Below are positions 10,485 through 20,737 of a stretch of 64,000 bases of DNA, piece by piece. The stretch comes from an uncultured beta proteobacterium. Lineage in GTDB: Bacteria; Pseudomonadota; Gammaproteobacteria; Burkholderiales; Usitatibacteraceae. The position numbers were made by a program, and so were the translations under genes. Within the stretch, counting starts at the first letter, position 1, and the number at the start of each line of letters is the position of its first letter. The stretch is taken from positions 923 through 64,922 of the forward strand of contig CAVWUN010000003.1 of NCBI GenBank assembly GCA_963758215.1, written 5' to 3'. Under the pieces are notes generated by a model. That model was given only the letters and a program-made list of their open reading frames with translations. It was not told where the DNA came from and searched no databases.

Positions 10485-10507
10485 AAGTGGTATTTCAGAC
10501 ACCTATT
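10485..10507. promoter_or_regulatory. Possible NsrR box
   Basis: AAGTGGTATTT-C-AGACACCTATT, a degenerate 11-1-11 match to the NsrR consensus, just upstream of nsrR. Confidence 0.45.
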
Positions 10508-10555
10508 ATATGCCACCCGGGCACCTCCTGCGCGGCGTCACTTAGAATGTCGAGA

Positions 10556-13129
10556 ATGAGCGCCCCGCTCGCCGCCCATACACCCATGATGCAGCAGTAC
10601 CTGTCCCTCAAGGGACAGTACCCTGACATGCTGCTGTTCTACCGCATGGGGGACTTCTACGAGCTCTTCCACGGCGACGCGGAGCGCGCCTCGAGGCTGC
10701 TCGACATCACCCTCACCACGCGCGGCCAATCGGCGGGCCAGCCGATCCGCATGGCCGGGGTTCCCTTCCACGCCGTCGAGCAGTATCTCGCGAAGCTGGT
10801 GAAGCTGGGCGAATCGGTCGCGATCTGCGAGCAGGTCGGCGACCCGGCGAGCTCCAAGGGTCCGGTCGAGCGCAGGGTGACGCGCATCGTGACGCCGGGC
10901 ACGATCACCGACTCCGCATTGCTTGCCGCCTCGCGCGAGAGCCTGCTGGTCGCCGTGAACGCCGCGGGCGCGGATGCCGGCCTCGCGTGGATCGCGCTCG
11001 CGAGCGGCCGGCTCGCCATCGCGGAGGTGCCGGCGGCGAGGCTCGAAGAGGCGATCGAGCGCCTGCAGCCTGCCGAGATCCTGGCAAGCGCCGACACCAC
11101 CCTCGGAGCGCGGGGCCAGGTTCCGGTGAAGCGGCTGGAGCCATGGCATTTCGCGGCCGACGGGGCACGGCGCGACCTCGCCCGCCAGTTCGGCACGACG
11201 GACCTCGCCGGATTCGGCGTCGAGGGCATGGACCTGGCGCTCGGCGCCGCGGGCGCGTTGCTCGCGTATTGCCGCCACACCCAGCAATCCGCCCTCCCCC
11301 ACGTGACCGGACTGCGCGTGGAGCGCGAGAGCGAGTCGGTGCTGATGGACGCCCATACGCGGCGCAACCTCGAGATCACCGAAACGCTTTCCGGCGCCGA
11401 GTCGCCCACGCTCTTCTCGCTGCTCGATCGCACCGCGACCTCGATGGGCAGCCGGCGCCTGCGCCACTGGCTGCACCATCCGCTGCGCGATACGGCGTTG
11501 CTCGGGGGGCGCCAGGCCGCGATCGAGGCGCTCGCGCATCCCGCCTCGCGATTGCGCCATCCGCGCCTGAAGGAGTTCTTCGCGCAGTGGTCCGACGTGG
11601 AGCGCATCACCGCGCGCGTCGCGCTGCGCACGGCGCGCCCGCGCGACCTGGCGGGCCTGCGGGACACGCTCGCCACGCTGCCGGCGCTGCACGAGGCGCT
11701 CGCGACGAGCGGCCAGCCGGGCCTGGGCGAGGCGGCCGAGGCGCTGCGTCCGGCCGAGGAGCCGCACGCGCGCCTGGCCCGCACGCTGCGCGACGAGCCG
11801 GCGGCGGTGATCCGCGAGGGCGGCGTGATCCGCGCGGGGTGCGACGCCGAGTTGGACGAACTGCGCGCGATCCAGGACGATTGCGGCGCCTTCCTGCTCG
11901 AAATGGAGGGACGGGAGCGCGCCCGCACCGGCATCCCCAACCTGCGCGTCGAGTACAACCGCGTGCACGGATTCTTCATCGAGGTGACGCAGGCCCACCT
12001 CGACAAGGTGCCGGTCGAGTACAAGCGCCGGCAAACGATGAAAAACGCCGAGCGCTACATCACGCCCGAGCTGAAGGCGTTCGAGGACAAGGCGCTCGCC
12101 GCCGGGGAGCGGGCGCTTGCGCGCGAGAAAGCGCTCTATGATGAGCTTCTCGACGCATTGAACGCGCACCTGGACCGGTTGCAGGCGATCGCGGGGGCCG
12201 CTTCCGAGCTCGACGCGCTCGCCGCGCTCGCCGCCTCCGCCGAGGCGCTCGCCCTGGTGCGCCCCGACTTCACTACCGAGGACCGGATCGAGATCGCCGG
12301 GGGCCGCCACCTCGTGGTCGAAAGCCAGGTGGACCCGTTCATCCCCAACGACGCGAGCCTGGCGCGATCGCGCCAGCTGCTGCTCATCACCGGACCCAAC
12401 ATGGGCGGCAAGTCCACCTACATGCGCCAGGTCGCGCAGATCGTGCTCCTCGCCTACTGCGGCAGCTTCGTGCCGGCGCGCTCGGCGCTCGTGGGTCCCA
12501 TCGACCGCATCTTCACGCGCATCGGCGCCTCCGACGACCTCGCGGGTGGCCGCTCGACCTTCATGGTGGAGATGACCGAGGCGGCCTCGATCCTCAACAA
12601 CGCGACCAGCCGCAGCCTGGTGCTCGTGGACGAGATCGGGCGCGGGACCTCGACCTTCGACGGCCTCGCGCTCGCCTATGCCATCGCGCGGCATCTCGCG
12701 CAGGTCGTGCGCTGCCACACGCTCTTCGCGACCCACTACTTCGAGCTCACGCAGCTGGCGGGAGAGTTGCCCAACGTCGCCAACGTGCACCTGGACGCGG
12801 TCGAGCACCGCGACCGCATCGTCTTCCTGCATCGCCTCGAGGGCGGCCCCGCGGACCGCTCATACGGCATCCACGTGGCGCACCTGGCGGGCATTCCCCG
12901 CGACGTGGTGCGCGCCGCGCGCCGCCACCTGGCGGAGCTCGAGCGCCAGCTGCGGCCCGCGGGAGCCCAGCACGACCTGTTCGCGGCCTCCGCGGCCGCG
13001 CCCGTCCCGGCCCCGCCCCATGCAGCGCTCGAGGCCCTGCGCGCGATGGCGCTCGACGAGATGTCCCCCCGGGAGGCGCTCGAGGCGCTCTACCGACTGA
13101 AACAGCTGGGGGATGAAACGCAGGACTAG
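10556..13129 (+). CDS. mutS: DNA mismatch repair protein MutS
   Basis: [40 protein letters not shown]. Confidence 0.98.
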   Translation: MSAPLAAHTPMMQQYLSLKGQYPDMLLFYRMGDFYELFHGDAERASRLLDITLTTRGQSAGQPIRMAGVPFHAVEQYLAKLVKLGESVAICEQVGDPASSKGPVERRVTRIVTPGTITDSALLAASRESLLVAVNAAGADAGLAWIALASGRLAIAEVPAARLEEAIERLQPAEILASADTTLGARGQVPVKRLEPWHFAADGARRDLARQFGTTDLAGFGVEGMDLALGAAGALLAYCRHTQQSALPHVTGLRVERESESVLMDAHTRRNLEITETLSGAESPTLFSLLDRTATSMGSRRLRHWLHHPLRDTALLGGRQAAIEALAHPASRLRHPRLKEFFAQWSDVERITARVALRTARPRDLAGLRDTLATLPALHEALATSGQPGLGEAAEALRPAEEPHARLARTLRDEPAAVIREGGVIRAGCDAELDELRAIQDDCGAFLLEMEGRERARTGIPNLRVEYNRVHGFFIEVTQAHLDKVPVEYKRRQTMKNAERYITPELKAFEDKALAAGERALAREKALYDELLDALNAHLDRLQAIAGAASELDALAALAASAEALALVRPDFTTEDRIEIAGGRHLVVESQVDPFIPNDASLARSRQLLLITGPNMGGKSTYMRQVAQIVLLAYCGSFVPARSALVGPIDRIFTRIGASDDLAGGRSTFMVEMTEAASILNNATSRSLVLVDEIGRGTSTFDGLALAYAIARHLAQVVRCHTLFATHYFELTQLAGELPNVANVHLDAVEHRDRIVFLHRLEGGPADRSYGIHVAHLAGIPRDVVRAARRHLAELERQLRPAGAQHDLFAASAAAPVPAPPHAALEALRAMALDEMSPREALEALYRLKQLGDETQD

Positions 13130-13151
13130 CGCGCGCCCGGTGCAGCGCGCT

Positions 13152-13637
13152 TCAGTGGGCCTCGACGCCCAGCGCCCCGTGCACGTGGCCATGGCTGAGC
13201 TCCTCGCGGGTGGCCGCGCGCACGTCCTTCACTTCGCAGCGGAACCAGAGGCGCTCCCCGGCCAGGGGATGGTTACCGTCCACCACCACCGTGTCCGGCG
13301 TGATGTCCGTGACGGTGTAGATGAGGGAATCCTCCTCGCGCTCGCCGGGCACGCCCTCGAAGCGCATGCCGACTTCGACCGCTTCGGGAAATCGCTCGCG
13401 CGGCTCGACCCGCAGCAGCTCGGCGTCGTATTCGCCGAAAGCGTCCAGGGGCTCGAGCGTGAGGTTCACCTCCGCCCCGATCTCCTTGCCCGCGAGCGCT
13501 TCCTCCACCTTGGGAAAGATGTTCCCGTAGCCGCCGTGGAGGTACGCGAGCTCGGCGCCCTCGTCCTCGACCGGCAGGCCGTCGGCATCGCGCAGCTCGT
13601 AGGCGAGCCTCACGACGGTGCCGCGGTCAATTCGCAT
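13152..13637 (-). CDS. slyD: FKBP-type peptidyl-prolyl isomerase (SlyD-like)
   Basis: YLHGGYG, VDGNHPLAG, C-terminal HGHVHG. Confidence 0.9.
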   Translation of the reverse strand: MRIDRGTVVRLAYELRDADGLPVEDEGAELAYLHGGYGNIFPKVEEALAGKEIGAEVNLTLEPLDAFGEYDAELLRVEPRERFPEAVEVGMRFEGVPGEREEDSLIYTVTDITPDTVVVDGNHPLAGERLWFRCEVKDVRAATREELSHGHVHGALGVEAH

Positions 13638-14106
13638 GGCCGTTGAGCGTCTTGCAGACCTTGAGCACCTCGTTCGCGTGGGCGCGCGGATTCACGTCCT
13701 GCAGGATGTGGCGCACCACGCCCTTCTTGTCGATCACGAACGTCGAGCGCAGCAGGTACGACTTCGGGTGCCCGTCGACGATCTTCTCCTGGATCACCTC
13801 GTAGAGGCGGCAGACTTCCTCCTCGGTGTCGGCGAGCAGCTGCACCGTGAGGCCATGCTCGTCCCGGAACGCCTGGTGCGACAGGACGTCGTCGCGGGAC
13901 ACGCCGAAGACCACGGTGTCGAGCTTGGCGAATTCGTCTTCGCGATCGCTGAATCCGATGGCCTGCAGCGTGCAGCCGGGCGTTCCGTCCCTGGGATAGA
14001 AATAGAGCACGACGTTCTTCTTCCCGCGGTAGCTGGAGAGATCCATCATCTCCATGCTGGCATCGGGAAGGGTGAATGACGGAGCCGGTTCGCCTACGTG
14101 TAGCAT
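13627..14106 (-). CDS. bcp: Peroxiredoxin Bcp/PrxQ
   Basis: VLYFYPRDGTPGCT, RSTFVID. Confidence 0.9.
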   Translation of the reverse strand: MLHVGEPAPSFTLPDASMEMMDLSSYRGKKNVVLYFYPRDGTPGCTLQAIGFSDREDEFAKLDTVVFGVSRDDVLSHQAFRDEHGLTVQLLADTEEEVCRLYEVIQEKIVDGHPKSYLLRSTFVIDKKGVVRHILQDVNPRAHANEVLKVCKTLNGHAN

Positions 14107-14152
14107 GGCACCTGCAATCGCTCGACGGTCGAATCGATTCTAGCCCATTTTG

Positions 14153-15286
14153 ATGATGCGCAAGCACCTCGGGAACCTCGACACGGCGGGCTTCATGCAG
14201 CGCTTCTGGCAACGCGAGCCGCTGCTGGTGCGCGCGGCATTCCCGCGCTTTCGCGACCCGCTCTCGCCGCGCGAGGTGCTCGCCCTCGCCACCTCCTCCG
14301 ATGCCACCGCGCGCCTCGTGAGCCGCCGCGCCGCGGCGTGGAACGTCGAGCACGGCCCGTTCGCCGCCGCGCGCTTCAGGCAGCTTCCCGCTCGCGGCTG
14401 GACGGTGCTGGTCCAGGACACGAACCACTTTTCCGCCGCCGCGCGAGAGCTGCTCGCGGCCTTCGATTTCCTCCCGCACGCACGCATCGACGACGTGATG
14501 GTGAGCTACGCGGTGCCCGGCGGCAGCGTCGGCCCCCACGTCGATTCCTACGACGTCTTCCTCGTGCAGGGCCGCGGCCGGCGGCGCTGGCAGATCTCGA
14601 GACAGGAGGACCACGCGTTCGTCCCCGGCCTGGACCTGCGCATCCTCGAGCGCTTCGCACCGGACTGCGAGTGGGTGCTCGAGGCGGGCGACATGCTCTA
14701 CCTTCCCCCGGGCGTGGCGCACCACGGAGTGGCGGAATCGGAGTGCCTCACCTGGTCGATCGGATTTCGCTCCCCGAGCGATCGCGAGCTCGTGGCGGGA
14801 TTCCTCGACTACCTGCACGAATGCCTGGAGCCCGAGGGGCAGTACGCCGACCCCGGCGCGGCGCCGGCCCGGCACCCGGGCGCGATCCCGGCCGCGCTCG
14901 AAAGCCACGTCGCCCGCGTGCTCGAGCGCATCCGGTGGACGCCGGACCAGGCACGCGAGTTCGCCGGGCAGTTTCTTTCGGAGCCCAAGGCGACCGTCTA
15001 CTTCACGGCGCCGCGCAAGCCTCTCACGCGCCGCCAATTTGCGCTGCAAGCCGCGCGCTGCGGGCTCGCGCTCGATCCGCGCGCGCGGCTGCTGTTTTCT
15101 GGCAGGATGTTCTTCCTCAACGGCGAGACCGTGGCTGCGCCCGAGCGGGCGCGCCCCGCGCTGCGGCGGCTCGCGGACGAGCGGCGCCTGCGGGCCCCCG
15201 TCCGCGCGGCGGCCGCGTTCTGGGACACGGCGCACGCCTGGTACGTGCAAGGCTACGTGGACATCGAACGGGAGGACCGGAAATGA
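14153..15286 (+). CDS. roxA: JmjC/cupin ribosomal protein L16 hydroxylase (RoxA/YcfD family)
   Basis: RIDDVMVSYA, VGPHVDSYDVFL, GDMLYLPPGVAHHG. Confidence 0.88.
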   Translation: MMRKHLGNLDTAGFMQRFWQREPLLVRAAFPRFRDPLSPREVLALATSSDATARLVSRRAAAWNVEHGPFAAARFRQLPARGWTVLVQDTNHFSAAARELLAAFDFLPHARIDDVMVSYAVPGGSVGPHVDSYDVFLVQGRGRRRWQISRQEDHAFVPGLDLRILERFAPDCEWVLEAGDMLYLPPGVAHHGVAESECLTWSIGFRSPSDRELVAGFLDYLHECLEPEGQYADPGAAPARHPGAIPAALESHVARVLERIRWTPDQAREFAGQFLSEPKATVYFTAPRKPLTRRQFALQAARCGLALDPRARLLFSGRMFFLNGETVAAPERARPALRRLADERRLRAPVRAAAAFWDTAHAWYVQGYVDIEREDRK

Positions 15287-15789
15287 GCGAACTGCCCAAC
15301 GCACCGCCCAAGCCCGACTATCGGCCGATCTTCGGCACCGTCGATTCGCTCGCGGCCGTGGACGAGGTGATCGCTGCGGCCCGGCGCACCATCCGGGTGT
15401 TCGACGCCTCCCTCACCAATCGCGGCTATAACTCGCCCGCGCGCGCCGAAAGGCTGCGCGCATTCCTGGTCGGGGGGCGCAGCCACCGCCTGCTCATCGC
15501 GCTGCACGAGACGGATGCGCTCGAGCGGGACTGTCCGCGCCTGCTCGCGCTGCTGCGCCAGTTCCCGATGTCCATCGAGATCCACCGCACCCTGGCCCAG
15601 GCGCGCGACGCGAACGACCCCTTCGTGGTGGCCGACGACCACAGCGTGTGGCACCAGCACCACCACGAGCAGCAACGCGCGATTGTTGCATTGCACTCAC
15701 CTGCCGACGCGGCGCCCATCGTGCAGCGCTTCGACGAGATCTGGGAGCTGTCGGAGCCCGCCGTTTCCGCTACGACGCTGGGACTTTGA
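15283..15789 (+). CDS. Conserved hypothetical protein coupled to roxA
   Basis: ATGA overlap with roxA stop; globular-looking sequence in frame of ORF 14338..15789. Confidence 0.7.
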   Translation: MSELPNAPPKPDYRPIFGTVDSLAAVDEVIAAARRTIRVFDASLTNRGYNSPARAERLRAFLVGGRSHRLLIALHETDALERDCPRLLALLRQFPMSIEIHRTLAQARDANDPFVVADDHSVWHQHHHEQQRAIVALHSPADAAPIVQRFDEIWELSEPAVSATTLGL

Positions 15790-15921
15790 GCATCGCTCGG
15801 GTGATTCCGCTACAATTGCCCGCGGCCCGGACCGCTGGCCGCAATTTGTTGCGCCGCGCCACGGGATTCGGCCGACACCGAAGTCTTCGAAGTCCCACCA
15901 TCGACTGAAGGAATTCAGACA

Positions 15922-16155
15922 ATGAAACCGTATGTCCTCGTCGTTCTCCTGGCGGCGGGATTGGTTGCCTGCAGCAAAGAACCCGCCCCCACTCCCGCCC
16001 CACCGCCCCCTGCCGCATCCGAGGCCCCGAAGGCGGCCGAAACGCCCGCACCCGCCGCGGCTGCCCCCGCCGAGGCGGCAAAGCCCGCCGAAGCGCCGGC
16101 TGCCGAAGCCCCCAAGCCCGCGGAAGCCAAGCCCGCCGAGCCCCCCAAGAAGTGA
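15922..16155 (+). CDS. Small Pro/Ala-rich lipoprotein
   Basis: Signal peptide with lipobox LVAC, low-complexity PA(E/K) repeats, followed by a terminator. Confidence 0.8.
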   Translation: MKPYVLVVLLAAGLVACSKEPAPTPAPPPPAASEAPKAAETPAPAAAAPAEAAKPAEAPAAEAPKPAEAKPAEPPKK

Positions 16156-16167
16156 TCCGCACGGCGT

Positions 16168-16201
16168 AAAGAAGCCGGCCCGCGGGCCGGCTTTTTTTTT
16201 T
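16168..16201 (+). terminator. Intrinsic (probably bidirectional) terminator
   Basis: AAGCCGGCC-CGCG-GGCCGGCTT followed by a long T run, between convergent genes. Confidence 0.9.
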
Positions 16202-16224
16202 GCCCCGGGTCGCGCGGCAGAAGG

Positions 16225-16986
16225 CTAGAGGTCGCGCCACCCGAATCCGCCCTCCTGGGTGGCCACCCCGATCCACTCGGGCTCGCAGCCGAGCGCGGAG
16301 GAAAGCGCGGCCACGGCCAGCTCCGGGCGATTGTTCTGCTGCGAGAGGTGCGCCGCGATCAGGTGGCGCAGTCCACTGCGCTCAAGGCCCGCCACCAGGC
16401 TCGCCGCCGTGGCGTTGTCCAGATGCCCGAAGCGCCCCGCGATGCGATGCTTGAGCGCCGGCGGATAGGAGCCGCCCATCAGCATGTCGAGGTCATGGTT
16501 GCACTCGATCACGAGCCCCTGGCAGCCGCAAAGCTTGTCGTGCACGTGCGAGGTGGGCGTGCCGAGGTCGGTGAGCACCCCCAGGCGCGAGGCGCCGTCG
16601 GAAAACACGAACTGGACGGGTTCGGATGCGTCGTGGGGAACCGGAAACGGCTCGACCGCCACGGCATCGATCTCGAAGGGCGCGTGGGAGTCGATGAGAC
16701 GCACCAGCACCGCGGGGAAGTCCTCCGGCAGCCAGCGGGCCGTGCCGCGCGTGAGGTAGACCGGAATCGCGTAGCGCTTGGCGAAGCGCGCCACCCCTCC
16801 GAGGTGATCCTCGTGCTCGTGCGTGACGACCAGTGCGGAGATCTGCGCCGGGGTGAGCCCTGCGCGCGCGAGCCTCTCCCTGGTCGCCCCGAGCGCAAAG
16901 CCGCAGTCCATCATCACACGGGTCGCGCCGCACTCCACGACCAGCCCGTTGCCGGAGCTGCCGCTGCCGAGTGATGCGAAGCGCAC
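16225..16986 (-). CDS. MBL-fold metallo-hydrolase (YycJ-like)
   Basis: SLGSGSSGN, THEHEDH, VPHDA, AHLSQQNN. Confidence 0.88.
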   Translation of the reverse strand: MRFASLGSGSSGNGLVVECGATRVMMDCGFALGATRERLARAGLTPAQISALVVTHEHEDHLGGVARFAKRYAIPVYLTRGTARWLPEDFPAVLVRLIDSHAPFEIDAVAVEPFPVPHDASEPVQFVFSDGASRLGVLTDLGTPTSHVHDKLCGCQGLVIECNHDLDMLMGGSYPPALKHRIAGRFGHLDNATAASLVAGLERSGLRHLIAAHLSQQNNRPELAVAALSSALGCEPEWIGVATQEGGFGWRDL

Positions 16987-18129
16987 TTACTTCAACTGGT
17001 CGTAGAGCAGGCCGAGGATCTTGCGCCCCGTGGGGCTCGTTTCCGGCGCTCCCTTGGAGTTCTGCACCTGGACCTGGGAGGTGCTTCCCCCGGCATCACT
17101 CACCAGGATGCGGTACTGGGGTTGCGGACCCTTGGGCTCCGAGCGCCAGAACTTGAGCCAGTCGAAGAAGCCCTTCTTCTCGGCGCTCTTGATCTCGGCC
17201 TCCGGATCGATGTAGCGCACGAAGAACATGCCCTTGGAGCGATCGCGGTCCTCGACGGTGAAGCCCACGCGGTCAAGCGCCAGGCCTACGCGGCGCCACG
17301 CGCGGTCGAACCCGTCGTTCACCACGAGCGGACCCGCGCCGCCGTTCTCGAGCACGGCATTGAGCGCCTGGGTGGCAGGCGCGCCGAGCGGGCCCTTCGC
17401 CGCAGCGACCTCGGTCTTCGCTTCCTCGCCGCCGAGCTTCACCATGATCCGCGCGAGCATCTCCGCCTCGAGCTCGGGGTCGGAGCCCTTCGGTTGCCAC
17501 GCCGTCGTCGCGGGGTCCTGGCTGGTGTAGACCTCCTCCATCGCGCGGTCGCTCACGTACACCTCGGTGGTGCCGGGCACGGCTCCCCGCTCCAGGCGCG
17601 TGCGGAACTTGTCGCGCCGCGGAGTCGAATACACGTTGTCGATCAGCCGTCCGAGGGTGCGGCGCACGAAGTCCTTGGGAATGCCGGAGCGGTCCTCGTG
17701 CCAGTCGGTCTCCATGATTCCCACTTCGGGGCTCTCGCGGGTCAGGGTGAAGCCCGCGTCCAGCCAGAACTGGCGCACCACGGGCCAGACGCTTTCCGCG
17801 CCGCCCTTCACCACGAGCCAGCGCTCGTCGCCCGCGTGCTCGATGTGCGCGCCCTCGATCTTCGGCAGCACGGTCGACGCCGCGACGCTCTCGCTCGCCA
17901 CGGCCGGGGTGCGCTTGCTGTAGGCCGAGTACGAGGTCTGGGCTCGCGGGTCCGGGACCGAGTAGCGGTCGTCCTGCGTCGGCGCCGTGAGCTCGGGCGG
18001 AATCTCGAGGGGCTTGGCGGATTGCGCCTGCGCGCCCTTGTAGTCCGTGGACTTGAAGCCGAAGCCGGAGCAACCGGCCAGCGACAGCAACACGGCGGCG
18101 GGAAGGGCGAGGCGGCGAAGAAGCATCAT
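16987..18129 (-). CDS. bamC: Outer membrane assembly lipoprotein BamC
   Basis: Lipobox LAGC, LEIPPEL, FDRAWRRVGLALDR; downstream of dapA. Confidence 0.9.
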   Translation of the reverse strand: MMLLRRLALPAAVLLSLAGCSGFGFKSTDYKGAQAQSAKPLEIPPELTAPTQDDRYSVPDPRAQTSYSAYSKRTPAVASESVAASTVLPKIEGAHIEHAGDERWLVVKGGAESVWPVVRQFWLDAGFTLTRESPEVGIMETDWHEDRSGIPKDFVRRTLGRLIDNVYSTPRRDKFRTRLERGAVPGTTEVYVSDRAMEEVYTSQDPATTAWQPKGSDPELEAEMLARIMVKLGGEEAKTEVAAAKGPLGAPATQALNAVLENGGAGPLVVNDGFDRAWRRVGLALDRVGFTVEDRDRSKGMFFVRYIDPEAEIKSAEKKGFFDWLKFWRSEPKGPQPQYRILVSDAGGSTSQVQVQNSKGAPETSPTGRKILGLLYDQLK

Positions 18130-18147
18130 GGACATTCGATCCTTGAT

Positions 18148-19026
18148 TCAGGAGAGGCAGCCGGCGCTGCGCAGTGCGGCGTCGACGGAGGCGTGGAACT
18201 GGGGTGCGAGCGGGGTAAGGGGCAGGCGCAGGCCGTCCGCGATGCGGCCCATGCGGCCCAGAGCCCACTTCACGGGTATCGGGTTGGACTCGACGAACAG
18301 TTGCTTGTGCAGGGGAAGCAGGCGGTTGTTGAGCGCGACGGCCCGGGCGGCATCCCCGGCGCGCGCCGCGGCGCACATCTCGTGCATCAGGCGCGGCGCC
18401 ACGTTGGCCGTCACCGAGACCACCCCGTGGGCGCCCAGCAGGATATAGGCAAGCGCGGAATCGTCGTTGCCGCTGAACACGAGGAAGCCCTCGGGCATGC
18501 GCATCATGAGATCGGTGATGCGCTCGATGTTCGACGTCGACTCCTTGATGCCCACGATGTTGGGCACCTGCGCCAGGCGCAGCACGGTGTCGTTGGAGAG
18601 GTCGGCGACCGTGCGCGACGGTACGTTGTAGAGCAGCAGCGGAATGTCGGCCGCCTCGGCGATCGCGCGGAAGTGCCGGTACAGGCCTTCCTGGGTGGGC
18701 TTGTTGTAGTACGGCACGACCGAGAGCGCATACGCGGCACCCGCCTTGCGCGCGAACTTCGTGAGCTCGATCGCCTCGCGCGTGGAATTGCCGCCGGTGC
18801 CCGCGATCACGGGCACGCGCCCGCGCGCGAACTCCACCGCCGACTCGATCAGCTGGCAGTGCTCGGCCACGTCGACCGTGGGCGACTCGCCCGTGGTCCC
18901 CACGATCACCACCGCGTCGGTGCCTTCCGCGACGTGCCAGTCGATCAGAGCGGCGAGGCGCGGCAGGTCGAGCGCGCCTTCGGTGGTCATCGGGGTGACG
19001 ATGGCGACGATGCTTCCGGAAAGCAT
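18148..19026 (-). CDS. dapA: 4-hydroxy-tetrahydrodipicolinate synthase
   Basis: [33 protein letters not shown]. Confidence 0.97.
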   Translation of the reverse strand: MLSGSIVAIVTPMTTEGALDLPRLAALIDWHVAEGTDAVVIVGTTGESPTVDVAEHCQLIESAVEFARGRVPVIAGTGGNSTREAIELTKFARKAGAAYALSVVPYYNKPTQEGLYRHFRAIAEAADIPLLLYNVPSRTVADLSNDTVLRLAQVPNIVGIKESTSNIERITDLMMRMPEGFLVFSGNDDSALAYILLGAHGVVSVTANVAPRLMHEMCAAARAGDAARAVALNNRLLPLHKQLFVESNPIPVKWALGRMGRIADGLRLPLTPLAPQFHASVDAALRSAGCLS

Positions 19027-19113
19027 GCGGATTGCGAGGCTTTGCGAGGCGGGAAAAGCGGGGATTTTACCCTATGGGACGGTCCAGCGGACCAGGCCCC
19101 CGCGCCCGGAAGC

Positions 19114-19632
19114 TCATTCCTTGCGCGCGGCGAGGCGCTGGATCGCCGCCTGCTTGGGCAGCTCGACGATCCGGTCCTCGTAGGCCAGCACCCGCAACCT
19201 GCCGCGCACCGCCTCGAGCAGCTCGCCGGGCGCGAGCAGGAAGTCGGGATTCGACGGCTTGCCGAAACGCTCGTTGCCGCGCGCGAAGGTCTCGTAGATG
19301 AGCACCCCGTCCTGCTCGAGGCCGTCGCACAGCACGGGAAGCAGCGGGCGGTAAAGATAGTTCGTGACGATGATCGCGTCGAAATGCCGGGCCGCGTAGG
19401 GCCAGGGACCCGCCTCGAGGTCCGCGCCCAGCAGCCGCACGCCCGCGGGCGGATCGGCGAACAGCGCCGGATCGCGATCTACCGCGTCCACCTCGAATCC
19501 CAGCCGTGCGAGCAGGCGCGCATGCCGCCCCGAGCCGCACGCCACGTCGAGCACCGCTCCGCCCGGACGGATCCACGCCGCCCACTGGCGCACCCACGGC
19601 GAGGGCGGAAGATCGAAGGAATGCGCGGCCAT
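19114..19632 (-). CDS. Class I SAM-dependent methyltransferase
   Basis: VLDVACGSGRH, TNYLYRP, YETF. Confidence 0.85.
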   Translation of the reverse strand: MAAHSFDLPPSPWVRQWAAWIRPGGAVLDVACGSGRHARLLARLGFEVDAVDRDPALFADPPAGVRLLGADLEAGPWPYAARHFDAIIVTNYLYRPLLPVLCDGLEQDGVLIYETFARGNERFGKPSNPDFLLAPGELLEAVRGRLRVLAYEDRIVELPKQAAIQRLAARKE

Positions 19633-19678
19633 GCGCGATGCTATCCTCGCCGCACCGGCAGGGGAAGAAAGGGCGGGC

Positions 19679-20584
19679 ATGCGCAGGGCCTGGAAGGTCG
19701 CGGGAGGCGTCGTCGTCGGGCTCGCGATCGTCGCCGCGGCCGCGTTCGCCGCGGCAGTGTGGCTGGGCGAGCGCAAGATGCGGCGCACCGTCGAAGTGAA
19801 GGTCGTCCCGGTGCCTTTCGTCCACGATGCGGCTTCGGTTACGCGCGGCCGGCACCTGTTCGAATCGCGCGGCTGCGCCCATTGCCACGGCGCGGAAGGC
19901 GCGGGCCGCGTGTTCATCGACGAGCCCGGCGGAATGTACGCGAAGGCGCCCAATCTCACGGCCGGCAAGGGAAGCCCGGTGGCCGAGTTCGACGAGGGCG
20001 ACTGGGTGCGCGCCATTCGCCACGGGATCGACCCGCAGGGGCACGCGCTGCTCATCATGCCGAGCGAGGACTACAACCGCATGGACGACACCGACTTCGC
20101 CGACCTGATGGCCTACGTGCGAAGCCTCGCGCCGAAGGAGGGCGGCGGCGCGGTCCTGCGCTTTCCCGCGCTCGCGAAGGCGCTCTACGGGCTGGGCGTG
20201 ATCCGCGATGCCGCCGAGACGATCGACCATCGCCTGCCGCCGCCCGCGCCGGTAGCCGCCGGTCCCACCGCTCAGTACGGGGGCTACCTGGCCGCGATGT
20301 GCGTCGGGTGCCACGGACCGGCGTTTTCCGGCGGCCGCATTCCGGGTGCGCCGCCCGAATGGCCCGCCGCGGCCAACCTCACCCCGGGCGCGGGCAGCGC
20401 GATGGCGCGCTACCCGACGCCGCAGGCGTTCGCCACGATGATGCGCACCGGCCAGCGCGCCGACGGCACGAAGGTAAGCGCGGTGATGCCGTTCGACAGC
20501 CTGGGCCGGCTGGACGACGACGAGCTCGCTGCGATCTACGCCTACCTGAAGACGCTCGCGCCGCGCGCCGCCGGGAACCGCTAA
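19679..20584 (+). CDS. Membrane-anchored diheme cytochrome c
   Basis: N-terminal TM helix, CAHCH and CVGCH, each followed by (A)PNLT/ANLT and an MP motif. Confidence 0.88.
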   Translation: MRRAWKVAGGVVVGLAIVAAAAFAAAVWLGERKMRRTVEVKVVPVPFVHDAASVTRGRHLFESRGCAHCHGAEGAGRVFIDEPGGMYAKAPNLTAGKGSPVAEFDEGDWVRAIRHGIDPQGHALLIMPSEDYNRMDDTDFADLMAYVRSLAPKEGGGAVLRFPALAKALYGLGVIRDAAETIDHRLPPPAPVAAGPTAQYGGYLAAMCVGCHGPAFSGGRIPGAPPEWPAAANLTPGAGSAMARYPTPQAFATMMRTGQRADGTKVSAVMPFDSLGRLDDDELAAIYAYLKTLAPRAAGNR

Positions 20585-20737
20585 GCGCAGCCGAGGTCGA
20601 CACCTACTGCCGCCAGGGTGTCCCGCGATCCATGAAGTGGCCCGGCAACGAGGCCAAGGACCTGCTCGGGCGCGGATTTCGAACGCCGCTTCGCGGAAGC
20701 GCTATAGTTCACATCAGGAATTGCGTCCACCGCCCCC

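Noticed and set aside
6694-12832. Long alternative ORFs (6694..9321, 7998..10559, 10538..12832)
   Set aside because: They overlap well-supported genes and have no recognisable motifs
15980-16150. Short GC-rich repeats resembling an array
   Set aside because: They are coding Pro/Ala/Glu/Lys repeats of the lipoprotein; no repeat-spacer structure and no cas genes, so not CRISPR
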